Assembly (NCBI GenBank): GCA_045614105.1
Contig: JAZLCF010000080.1
Location: forward strand, 1-34,433
DNA length: 34,433 nt
DNA from: Alphaproteobacteria bacterium
Lineage (GTDB): Bacteria > Pseudomonadota > Alphaproteobacteria > CAAHEQ01 > UBA3637
Direction: 5' to 3'
Below, one piece after another: positions 10,101 through 17,553 of the stretch (position 1 is the stretch's first letter; each line of letters begins with the position of its first letter). The position numbers and the translations under genes were made by a program. Under the pieces are notes generated by a model. It saw nothing but the letters and a program-made list of their open reading frames with translations. It did not search any database and was not told where the DNA came from.

Positions 10101-10542
10101 GGGAAACCGCTTTGCCTTTATATCTGCGAGTGATAAGTCTGGCAGTTATGAAGCCATTTGTTTTTCAGACACATTAGAATCTGCCCGTGAAAAATTGAAT
10201 TCCAATCAACCACTTTTGTTTACCGTACAAGCTGAAAAACGAGAGGGTGAAGAACAAATCAGCCTGCGCCTTTTAGAGGTAGAATTACTGTCTGAGATGA
10301 TGAGCAAAACCAGCACGACTTTAATTTTAAAATTAGATACTAAAAACAAAGCCAATACTTGTGTCAATGCGATTCAAAAAATATTGCTCGCAGACGGCAA
10401 AGGAAAAAGTCGCGTGTTTATTATATTAGTTGCAGGGGAGAATGAAGTTGAAATGGCCTTACCAAATTTATATGCATTACGTCCAGAAACATTGGCCACA
10501 CTTTCTCAAGTTGATGGAATATTAGAAATGAAGCAAGTTTAA
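7111..10542 (+). CDS. dnaE: DNA polymerase III alpha subunit
   Basis: 1143 aa. PHP domain FIHLHVHTAYSLLEG, GFPGYFLIVADFI, PDIDVDF. Start moved to ATG 7111 (AAAGGA RBS) rather than the ORF-track start at 7078. Confidence 0.95.
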   Translation: MLEPKFIHLHVHTAYSLLEGAIKMPKLAAWAKEHKMPAIAATDTGNICGAMAMMHEMPPLGIQPILGTQLLVKSPKKNKNQFSDEADTFDKVVFLVQNEAGYKNLLKYFSKYYMDKTKQGTPHLTFDEILEHTEGLLLLTGGVEGLLGRPLLAGQKEWAEKITEKLQAAYPNRLYIELQRHGTEQEQATEQGFIDLAYKCNIPLVATNDAYFLTPDMYEAHDALLCIADKTFVAEQNRRRVTPEHYLKTEEEMCTLFADIPEALQNTVQIAKRCAFMAEKKKPAFPNFDCKGKTEDEVLAEMAEKGFKERMKGRSPEEQEKYHKQMEFELGVIKQMGFPGYFLIVADFIQWSKAHGVPVGPGRGSGAGSVVAWCLTITDIDPMRFDLVFERFLNPERVNMPDIDVDFCQEKREKTIEYVQNHYGFDHVAQIITFGKLQAKAVIRDVGRVLQIPYPVVDRLSKLIPADPKMTLEKAFDQEPKIKEEIEKDEAVKYLFEIAVKLEGLYRNTSTHAAGVVIGNKPLDEIVPVYKDPSSDMPVTQYDMKYVEEASLIKFDFLGLKTLTTIKKAIELINKRGIEVDIDHIPLDDEETFKLLRRADTTGVFQLESTGMKKILHDMQPDKIEDIVALVSLYRPGPMDSIPTYIKVKKGEEKPDYMHPMLEPILKETYGIMIYQEQVMQISRVMADFTLGGADLLRRIMGKKKAELLPPEREKFIKGAKAKGVDEKVANAVFDKMAKFAEYGFNKAHAAAYAFIAYQTAYLKAHYPVEFMAATMTLDKINTDKLAFFKNDLHQNGFKVLPPDINKSEVDFTVEDGAVRYALSAVKNVGEDGMKMVVEERNKNGLFKSMENFLQRVDVKALNKRYVENLAKSGAFECLEPNRAYLFNNVEKMVAYAADQTATKNSAQMGLFGADTSANKLKLDKCPEWPQMEKLEHEKEALGFYLSAHPLDSFQAVLERMRVVDYADIPAMVKATGVFRGKIAGVVANVRERISQKGNRFAFISASDKSGSYEAICFSDTLESAREKLNSNQPLLFTVQAEKREGEEQISLRLLEVELLSEMMSKTSTTLILKLDTKNKANTCVNAIQKILLADGKGKSRVFIILVAGENEVEMALPNLYALRPETLATLSQVDGILEMKQV

Positions 10543-10602
10543 TTTTTACTTGATTTTATTACCTGTTTGTGCAAGAATTAAAAAAATAAAGAGGGGTTGT
10601 GA

Positions 10603-11751
10603 ATGGAATTACAAGAATACCATGTCAAACGTATTTTTAAAAAGGCCGGATTACCTGTTCTAAAAGGAGATGTGGCCTATTCTCCCAATGAAGCCACAAT
10701 GATTGCGGGAAAGATTGGGAAAGGGCCTTATTTTTTAAAAGCTCAAACAGTGGATGGGAACAATTGTTATGGCACATTATTGACGCCTGGCGCTCGTGTC
10801 AACGGATGCGCCTGCGTTCTGGATAAGTCAGAGGTGGCAGAAGTGGCTACTTCCTTTTTGGGGCATCCCGATTGGTTAAAAAATGCCTCACCTTTATTTG
10901 AGATTCAAAAACTGTACGTAGAAGAAGGACTGATGGAAGCACAAGTTCTGGGATCTCTTATTTTTCGGGTCAATTTTGAAAAACAATGTGCTTTTTTAAC
11001 CGTTGCACCCACCAACAAAAAGGAAATTTCTTTTGAACTCAAAAACGGTTTAACGCCCGATATTTTAACGAAAGCGGCCTCAGCTTTTAGCAAACAGGCG
11101 GCCACCGAAATGAAACACCTGATGGAACAAGCATATCGTTTATTTCAGCACTACAAGGCCGTTGCGGTGGAATTAAGGCCCATTGTTCAATTAAAAAACA
11201 AAGAGTTGCGCGTGTTGGATGGACGCTTGGTTTTTGATCCAAACACAATGCATTTGTTGCCTGAATTAGTGCCGCTGATTGAATCACGTGTTGGTAAAGA
11301 GCGCGAACAAATTGCGCGTCAAAATCATTTTCGTTATATGGGCTTAAAAGGAAATATCGCGTGTGTTGTCAATGGTATTGGATTGGGCTGGGCAACGGTA
11401 GATTTAATTCAGCGCAAGGGAGGCAAAGCGGGCGCCTTATTAGATATTGGCACATGGCCTACAAAGGAAACGGTGACAAAAGCATTACGGTTGGTTTTGT
11501 CCGAACCCAATACGGATGGAGTCTTAGTCAATATTTTTGGTGGCTCTACGCGTTGTGATTTAATCGCGGAAGGCTTGATTGCCGCCTCACCAGAAATTGC
11601 CGCAGGCTTACCTTTGGTCATCAGAATGGATGGGATGAACGCCGCGGATGGACAACGCTTATTGTTTGAATCCCATTTACCCTTTATTGTCAAAACAAAA
11701 ATGGATGAAGCGGTACGTGCTATTATCAAAGAAACAAAGGAGAGACGTTGA
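10603..11751 (+). CDS. Succinate-CoA ligase beta-subunit (SucC) family protein, divergent and probably non-catalytic
   Basis: 382 aa, colinear with SucC (MELQEYHVKRIFKKAGLP.., NGIGLGWATVD, VNIFGGSTRCDLIAEG). The ATP-grasp phosphate loop AGGRGKAGGV is replaced by DGNNCYGTLLTPGARVNGCA; EINPL becomes ELRPI; DVGGGA becomes DIGTWP. Confidence 0.75.
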   Translation: MELQEYHVKRIFKKAGLPVLKGDVAYSPNEATMIAGKIGKGPYFLKAQTVDGNNCYGTLLTPGARVNGCACVLDKSEVAEVATSFLGHPDWLKNASPLFEIQKLYVEEGLMEAQVLGSLIFRVNFEKQCAFLTVAPTNKKEISFELKNGLTPDILTKAASAFSKQAATEMKHLMEQAYRLFQHYKAVAVELRPIVQLKNKELRVLDGRLVFDPNTMHLLPELVPLIESRVGKEREQIARQNHFRYMGLKGNIACVVNGIGLGWATVDLIQRKGGKAGALLDIGTWPTKETVTKALRLVLSEPNTDGVLVNIFGGSTRCDLIAEGLIAASPEIAAGLPLVIRMDGMNAADGQRLLFESHLPFIVKTKMDEAVRAIIKETKERR

Positions 11752-12623
11752 TGTTTTTTTTGCCAACCAAGGAAACACCTATTTTATGTCAAGGAATTAC
11801 AAGCAATGCTGGTGCTATACACACCGAACTCGCTTTAGCATATGGCAGCAATATTGTTGCAGGAACCAGTGCGGACAAAAATGTCAAACAGTTTTTGGGT
11901 GTTCCTGTCTTTCAAACTGTGGCAGACACTGTGCGCGCCAAAGCACCTCAAGTCAGCGTTATTTTTTCCACACCTGTCCATGCTTTAAAAGATGTACAAG
12001 AAGCTATTTTAGCAGGTCTTAAAATGGTCGTTTGTATTACCGAACATGTCCCCATGCACGACGCACTAAAAATGAAGACTTTGGCCGAAGAAAAAGGCGT
12101 TTGTTTATTGGGGCCATCGTCCATGGGCATTGGTGTGATGGGGCAAACGATGATTGGCTCTATTCCCCTGCACCTATTTCCAAAAGGTAAAATCGGCCTA
12201 CTGGGTCGTTCAGGATCTTTGATGTGGGAGGCAGCAGAACAACTGGCCTCTGTCGGATTAGGTGTTTCTTGCATCATTTCTTTAGGTGCCGACCATTTAA
12301 TAGGCACTTCCTTCGTCCCCCCAGTCAAGGCTTTGTTGGCCGATAATCAAACACAAGGGATTTTGGTCATTGGACAAGTACATGGTGAGTTGGAATACGA
12401 ACTGGCACATTTTTATAAAAAACAAAAAAACAAAAAGCCCCTGTGGGTCTATATCCCAGGCCGCAGTTTGGAAAAATCAGAAAAACGTCCTTTATTAGGA
12501 ATGCAGACAGTCAAATTCGCAGATGTTATAGAAACTAAAAAAAATGCTCTGGCTGAAGCTGGTGCTCTTTGGATTGACAGTCCTGACACTTTTGGAAAAA
12601 CTTTAAAAAAGGATCAGAAATGA
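11751..12623 (+). CDS. Succinate-CoA ligase alpha-subunit (SucD) family protein lacking the catalytic histidine
   Basis: 290 aa, colinear with SucD (ILCQGITSNAG, GRSGSLMWE). The GHAGAI phosphohistidine segment reads LLGMQT (His to Leu). TGATG stop/start overlap with the SucC-like gene. Confidence 0.75.
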   Translation: MFFLPTKETPILCQGITSNAGAIHTELALAYGSNIVAGTSADKNVKQFLGVPVFQTVADTVRAKAPQVSVIFSTPVHALKDVQEAILAGLKMVVCITEHVPMHDALKMKTLAEEKGVCLLGPSSMGIGVMGQTMIGSIPLHLFPKGKIGLLGRSGSLMWEAAEQLASVGLGVSCIISLGADHLIGTSFVPPVKALLADNQTQGILVIGQVHGELEYELAHFYKKQKNKKPLWVYIPGRSLEKSEKRPLLGMQTVKFADVIETKKNALAEAGALWIDSPDTFGKTLKKDQK

Positions 12624-13156
12624 CTTTAACAGAGGCAATCATTGTCAGGATAAGCCACGATTTAGCAGGTGCTATAGGTGCTTTTGCCAATACGGTGGAT
12701 TTAATGAAAATGGATGCCTCTTTTATTGGAGAATCAATTGATTTACTAGATACAAGCGCTCATCAATTGACTGCTCGTTTGGCTTTTTTCCGCGCTTTAT
12801 TTGGTGCCGAAAGTAAGTCTATTGACACCAGTTTAATACATAATTATTTGGACACATTAGCGATTTCTGTGAACTTCCAAGGGGAACTGCAAACACGGCT
12901 TCAGTTAGCACTGGTTGCCGTTGGTCTGGAATTATTGGGAACAGGGGGTAGTTTACAGCTATCCGACAAAACATTATTGATAACCTGCCCTGATTTAAAT
13001 CCAAATCCTTTATTGGTCCAAGCCTTAATGGACACCAAGGTACCCTGTGATCCAAAACTTGTGACCACATTATGGTTGGTCCATCTTGCACAAGAAGCCC
13101 ATTTAAGTATTCATCTGGATACAAATGAAAACAAAATCACGCTTTCTTTAACTTAA
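12620..13156 (+). CDS. chpT: ChpT-type histidine phosphotransferase (CckA-ChpT-CtrA relay)
   Basis: 178 aa. ISHDLAGAIGAFANTVDLM ... SAHQLTARLAFFRALFGA matches the ChpT DHp-like helices including the phosphorylatable His. ATGA overlap with the SucD-like stop. Confidence 0.8.
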   Translation: MTLTEAIIVRISHDLAGAIGAFANTVDLMKMDASFIGESIDLLDTSAHQLTARLAFFRALFGAESKSIDTSLIHNYLDTLAISVNFQGELQTRLQLALVAVGLELLGTGGSLQLSDKTLLITCPDLNPNPLLVQALMDTKVPCDPKLVTTLWLVHLAQEAHLSIHLDTNENKITLSLT

Positions 13157-13162
13157 AATATC

Positions 13163-13191
13163 TTGATTTTTAATGAATTATTTGATAAAAT
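13163..13191 (+). promoter_or_regulatory. Putative sigma70 promoter TTGATT-N17-TAAAAT
   Basis: TTGATT at 13163-13168, 17-nt spacer, TAAAAT at 13186-13191, upstream of ileS. Confidence 0.4.
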
Positions 13192-13231
13192 GATTGCCAG
13201 TTTTTAATTTTATGTATCAAAGGATTTAATT

Positions 13232-13624
13232 ATGACTGACAAACAAAAGTATTACCCCGAATTAAACGGTAAATGTGATTTTCCCAAAATGGAAGAGGAA
13301 GTCTTAAAACATTGGGATGAAAATCATATTTTTGAAGCGGTAAAAGATGCACGCAAAAATGGAGATGAGTTTGTGTTTTATGATGGCCCGCCCTTTGCAA
13401 ACGGACAACCACATTATGGTCATATTTTTGTCTCATATGTTAAAGATGCCGTGGCTCGTTTTCAAACCATGTTGGGCAAGAAGGTGGAACGCCCCTATGG
13501 TTGGGATTGCCATGGTTTGCCAGCGGAAATGAATGCCGAAAAAGCCTTGGGTATCTCGGGACACAAAGCCATTAAGAATACGGTGTGGATAAGTTTAACA
13601 ATTTCTGCAAAGAATCGGTGTTAA
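13232..13624 (+). CDS. ileS: Isoleucine-tRNA ligase (type 2), N-terminal fragment up to the frameshift near 13576
   Basis: HIGH motif PHYGH and GWDCHGLPAE. Homology ends at ..GISGHKAIK (13574-13576); the remaining 16 codons are out of frame. Confidence 0.9.
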   Translation: MTDKQKYYPELNGKCDFPKMEEEVLKHWDENHIFEAVKDARKNGDEFVFYDGPPFANGQPHYGHIFVSYVKDAVARFQTMLGKKVERPYGWDCHGLPAEMNAEKALGISGHKAIKNTVWISLTISAKNRC

Positions 13625-16344
13625 AATATTCTGGTGATTTTGTGGATTTATTTCACCGAATGGGGCGTTGGATTGATCCAACTTTGGAATATCGAACCAT
13701 GGATTTACCCTTTATGGAATCGGTGATTCAAAACTTTAAGGCGTTGTATGACAAAGGTTTAATCTATCAAGATTACCGTGTGCAACCCTATTCTTGGGCA
13801 GCACAGACGGTATTGTCCAATTTTGAGGTGAATCAGCCTGGTTGCTATCGTGATAAAGTTGATACCGCTATCACGGTGATGTTCAAATTGGAAAATGGCA
13901 TGCATTTATTGGTATGGACGACAACACCATGGACGCTTTTTTCTAACCAAATGATTGCGGTTGGCGAGGATATTGATTATGCCGTGATGGAGGAAAACGG
14001 TGGAAAATATGTACTGGCCGAAGCTTTAAAAGGTAAATATGCCAAACAGTTAGAGAATGCCGTACAAGTGGCCACAATGAAGGGATCCGAATTGGTGGGC
14101 ATGTCCTATGAACCCATGTTTCCACATTTTGCCGCCCTAAAAGAAAAAGGTTGTTTTAAGGTCTTGGCTGGTGATTTCGTGTCTATTGAAGATGGTACTG
14201 GTATGGTCCATATTGCGCCAGGATTTGGTGCAGACGACTTTGATGTATGTCGTAAATATGATGCGCATTTCCCGATTGTTTGTCCAGTGGATGAGGCTGG
14301 GTGTTTTACTGCCGAGGTGCCAGAAGTTCAGGGAAAACAAGTATTTGATGCCAATGAATATGTGTTGAATTATTTAAAAGAACATCGTTTGTTGGTGAAA
14401 AAAGAGCAAATTACACATACTTATCCGTATTGTTGGAGAACAGATACACCATTGATTTATAAAGCCATGTCTGGTTGGTTTGTGGATGTACCGAAATTCC
14501 GTGAAGAATTGTGTCAGTTGAATCAAACGATTACATGGACACCGGAACACATTAAAGATGGCCGTTTCGGCAAGTGGTTAGAGGGTGCCCGTGAGTGGTC
14601 TATTTCCAGAACACGTTATTGGGGGGCGCCAATTCCTGTATGGCAATCGGACAACCCAAAATATCCGCGGACAGATGTGTTCGGTTCTGCCGCTGAAATC
14701 AAGAAAAAAACGGGGTGTGATGTGACAGATTTGCATCGTCCGCTCATTGATCAGGTGGTTTATCCGAATCCAGACGATCCCTCGGGTCAATCTATGATGC
14801 GTCGTGTGCCAGATGTGTTTGATTGTTGGTTTGAATCGGGTTCTATGCCGGAAGGTCAGATCCATTATCCGTTTGAGAAAAAAGAATGGTTTGATAATCA
14901 TTTTCCGGCCGATTTCATTGTGGAAGGCGTTGATCAAACACGCGGATGGTTCTATTCTTTACACGTGTTGGGAACGGCTTTGCATCATAAACCCGCATTT
15001 AAGCATTGTATGGTGACGGGCTTGGTAATGGCCGAAGGTGGCGTCAAAATGTCCAAAAAATTGGGCAATTACCCAGATCCTTACATTATCTTGAATTCTT
15101 CCGGTTCGGACGCAATGAGATGGTTTTTGTTGTCCTCATCCATTGTCCATGGCGGCAATGTGTATATGGATGCACAGGGGAAAGAGGTCTCCAAGGCTAT
15201 GCGTAAAGCTGTGTTGCCCTTTTGGAATGCCTATTATTTCTTCTGTCTGTATGCTAATGCAGAAGGTGTCAAAGCCAATATGACAACATCCGCTACGGAC
15301 GTATTGGATCGGTATATTTTGGGTAAATTAAAGAATTTAACACAAAAGGTTAAAGCCGAAATGGCGGATTATGACATGCCGGCTGCTGCTGAGAATTTGG
15401 CGGATTTCTTGGATATTTTAAACAACTGGTATATTCGTCGTTCACGTGAACGTTTCTGGGATGGTACCGATCAAAAGGCCTTTGATACATTGTACACAGT
15501 GTTGGTCACCTTGGCCAAGATTATGGCACCTTTGATGCCATTCTTGACAGAAACAGTTTATCGTGGCTTGACGGGTGAAAAATCTGTGCATTTAGCAGAT
15601 TGGCCCAATGTGAATGCATTGACAGATGAAGCCAAGTTGATTGAACAAATGGACTTTGTGCGGGCGATTTCTTCCACAGCAAAGGCTATTCGTGAGGAAA
15701 ATCATTTGCGCAATCGTTTGCCACTTTCTAAGATGACGATTGCAGGTGAACAAGCAAACACTTTGACTGATTTTGTGGAATTATTAAAAGACGAAGTCAA
15801 TGTCAAAGAGGTTATCTTTAATACAGATGTGGCTGCGGTGGCCGATAAATTCTTGTATTTGAAAACGCCTTTGATTGGTAAGCGTTTGGGATCTGCTATG
15901 GGAGCTATTATGACCGCCAGCAAGCAAAATCAATGGACCGTCAATTCCGATGGAACTTTGGCAATTGCAGGACAAACACTCAATGCTGATGAATTTGAAT
16001 TGCGCTTAAATATGAAAGAAGGATTCAAAGGTCAACCATTGTCAGATAACCGTGCTGTTGTGCAATTAGACGTTGAAGTCGTTCCCGAACTGGAACGCGA
16101 GGGTGTTGCCCGTGACTTTGTGCGTATGGTGCAACAACTGCGCAAAGACAAGGGATTTGATGTATCTGACAGAATCACACTGACTTGGACATCCGACTCT
16201 ACCTTGGTCAAGGAAGCGTTTAAAGAACATGCTGCTTATATTGCTGAACAAGTGTTGGCCACGACATTTGTTGAAGGCGCAGGTTCTGACAAAACCGAAG
16301 AACTAGGCGACAGACAAGTATCCTTTGCCATTCAAAAAGTATAA
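13585..16344 (+). CDS. ileS: Isoleucine-tRNA ligase (type 2), main body in the -1 frame (frame open from 13576)
   Basis: Continues EYGVDKFNNFCKESVLKY... with WCISRTRYWG-like WSISRTRYWGAPIP and KMSKKLGN (KMSKS). 919 aa as listed. Confidence 0.9.
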   Translation: MDKFNNFCKESVLKYSGDFVDLFHRMGRWIDPTLEYRTMDLPFMESVIQNFKALYDKGLIYQDYRVQPYSWAAQTVLSNFEVNQPGCYRDKVDTAITVMFKLENGMHLLVWTTTPWTLFSNQMIAVGEDIDYAVMEENGGKYVLAEALKGKYAKQLENAVQVATMKGSELVGMSYEPMFPHFAALKEKGCFKVLAGDFVSIEDGTGMVHIAPGFGADDFDVCRKYDAHFPIVCPVDEAGCFTAEVPEVQGKQVFDANEYVLNYLKEHRLLVKKEQITHTYPYCWRTDTPLIYKAMSGWFVDVPKFREELCQLNQTITWTPEHIKDGRFGKWLEGAREWSISRTRYWGAPIPVWQSDNPKYPRTDVFGSAAEIKKKTGCDVTDLHRPLIDQVVYPNPDDPSGQSMMRRVPDVFDCWFESGSMPEGQIHYPFEKKEWFDNHFPADFIVEGVDQTRGWFYSLHVLGTALHHKPAFKHCMVTGLVMAEGGVKMSKKLGNYPDPYIILNSSGSDAMRWFLLSSSIVHGGNVYMDAQGKEVSKAMRKAVLPFWNAYYFFCLYANAEGVKANMTTSATDVLDRYILGKLKNLTQKVKAEMADYDMPAAAENLADFLDILNNWYIRRSRERFWDGTDQKAFDTLYTVLVTLAKIMAPLMPFLTETVYRGLTGEKSVHLADWPNVNALTDEAKLIEQMDFVRAISSTAKAIREENHLRNRLPLSKMTIAGEQANTLTDFVELLKDEVNVKEVIFNTDVAAVADKFLYLKTPLIGKRLGSAMGAIMTASKQNQWTVNSDGTLAIAGQTLNADEFELRLNMKEGFKGQPLSDNRAVVQLDVEVVPELEREGVARDFVRMVQQLRKDKGFDVSDRITLTWTSDSTLVKEAFKEHAAYIAEQVLATTFVEGAGSDKTEELGDRQVSFAIQKV

Positions 16345-16355
16345 AATCCTACCAT

Positions 16356-16389
16356 AATCCCTGATTTCTCTTTATCAGGGATTTTTTTA
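16356..16389. terminator. Intrinsic terminator hairpin between convergent ileS and the pilus operon
   Basis: 10-bp stem AATCCCTGAT (16356-16365) / ATCAGGGATT (16374-16383), 8-nt loop, then a T7 run on the + strand. Strong for ileS. The T-run is weaker on the - strand. Confidence 0.7.
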
Positions 16390-16410
16390 TTGACTTATTT
16401 TGAAAGGCAA

Positions 16411-17538
16411 CTAACCTCCGCTACCCAGCCCCATACCTGCCGTCATTTGGTCTTGCATTTCAAAGGTACCCCAAACGGTCCATGCCAAGAATGCAGCAAT
16501 AAACAAAATAGCCGCACCATTTAAGATACCCGCAATAGACTCAATCTGACGAATAGAATTTTCCAACCAGCTATTGGCCAAATTTTCCAACGCCTCTGGG
16601 AAAGTATCCAATTCCGCATAAATACGCAAATCTCCAATAATTTCATCATCTGGAAATTTCAGGTGGGTATGATACAAAGCCTCGCCTAAGTTATCACCAT
16701 TATTGACGTACATTAAAGCTCGCACCACGCGGAATTTTAAATAAGGTGACGCACCCTCATCTGCCAAAGCACGCATAGCTTTGGACACAGGCATTCCTGC
16801 ACGCACCAAAGCCGACAAAGAAAGCAACCAGCTGACACCAATAAAAATACGATAAATTGACCACGGTGGAATATTATCCACTTTCGCCCGTGATTTACCA
16901 CTCCAATATGGAAAAGAAATCAAACAAACAATCACAAGGACTGGCACAATAGAAAAAAGCAGCAACGGATGATGATCCACAAATTCAGACAGATTAACCA
17001 ATGCTTTTGCATAACCGCGCCACACCAATCCTGGCACAGCTTCCACCATCGGTGGCACCATATATTTCGCCACAGCCCATACAAGCAATGTGGAGGCAAA
17101 AATCAAGAATAAAGGATAGGAAACAGCACCCCACACTAAAGAACGCATTTTATTCATTCCCTCCACCACACGAACTGTGTGTTGCAAAGCCAAATCCAAC
17201 GCTGCCACGTCACCCACGGACAACATCAAAATTTCGGTGTTTGGCACCCAGCCACTCAATGCCTCTGAAAACGTGCTACCATTTCGGATACTTTGCATCC
17301 AAAAAGCCGTTGCAATCGCTGTAGAATCATCTGGCTTTTGTCCATCCTTAGAGGCAATAGAATATAATCGCTCCAACGCATCCATCAAAGAAAAACGGTT
17401 TCTTAAAAGAGCCATCAATTTCCGATAAAGTTCCAACCGATCTGAGGCATAAATTCGCATTGAAAACCGTGCATACCAAATATTGATGATATTTGTTTTC
17501 AATGATTTTTCCATTGCTTGTTTAACATGATTATCCAT
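16411..17538 (-). CDS. Type IVb pilus/T2SS platform protein (GspF family; R64 PilR / TcpE / BfpE-like)
   Basis: 375 aa polytopic membrane protein with two GspF-like repeats and the size typical of T4b platform proteins. AGGAG RBS. 15 nt after the ATPase gene. Confidence 0.8.
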   Translation of the reverse strand: MDNHVKQAMEKSLKTNIINIWYARFSMRIYASDRLELYRKLMALLRNRFSLMDALERLYSIASKDGQKPDDSTAIATAFWMQSIRNGSTFSEALSGWVPNTEILMLSVGDVAALDLALQHTVRVVEGMNKMRSLVWGAVSYPLFLIFASTLLVWAVAKYMVPPMVEAVPGLVWRGYAKALVNLSEFVDHHPLLLFSIVPVLVIVCLISFPYWSGKSRAKVDNIPPWSIYRIFIGVSWLLSLSALVRAGMPVSKAMRALADEGASPYLKFRVVRALMYVNNGDNLGEALYHTHLKFPDDEIIGDLRIYAELDTFPEALENLANSWLENSIRQIESIAGILNGAAILFIAAFLAWTVWGTFEMQDQMTAGMGLGSGG

Positions 17539-17553
17539 TTTAAAACTCCTTGT

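Noticed and set aside
11648-12022. 124-aa ORF across the sucC-like/sucD-like junction
   Set aside because: It is an alternative frame of two well-supported colinear genes. Its Cys/Arg-rich composition is typical of an out-of-frame translation.
13584-13592. Perfect reverse DnaA box TGTGGATAA a few nt after the ileS frameshift
   Set aside because: It lies inside conserved codons (GGT GTG GAT AAG = GVDK) and is explained by coding constraint.
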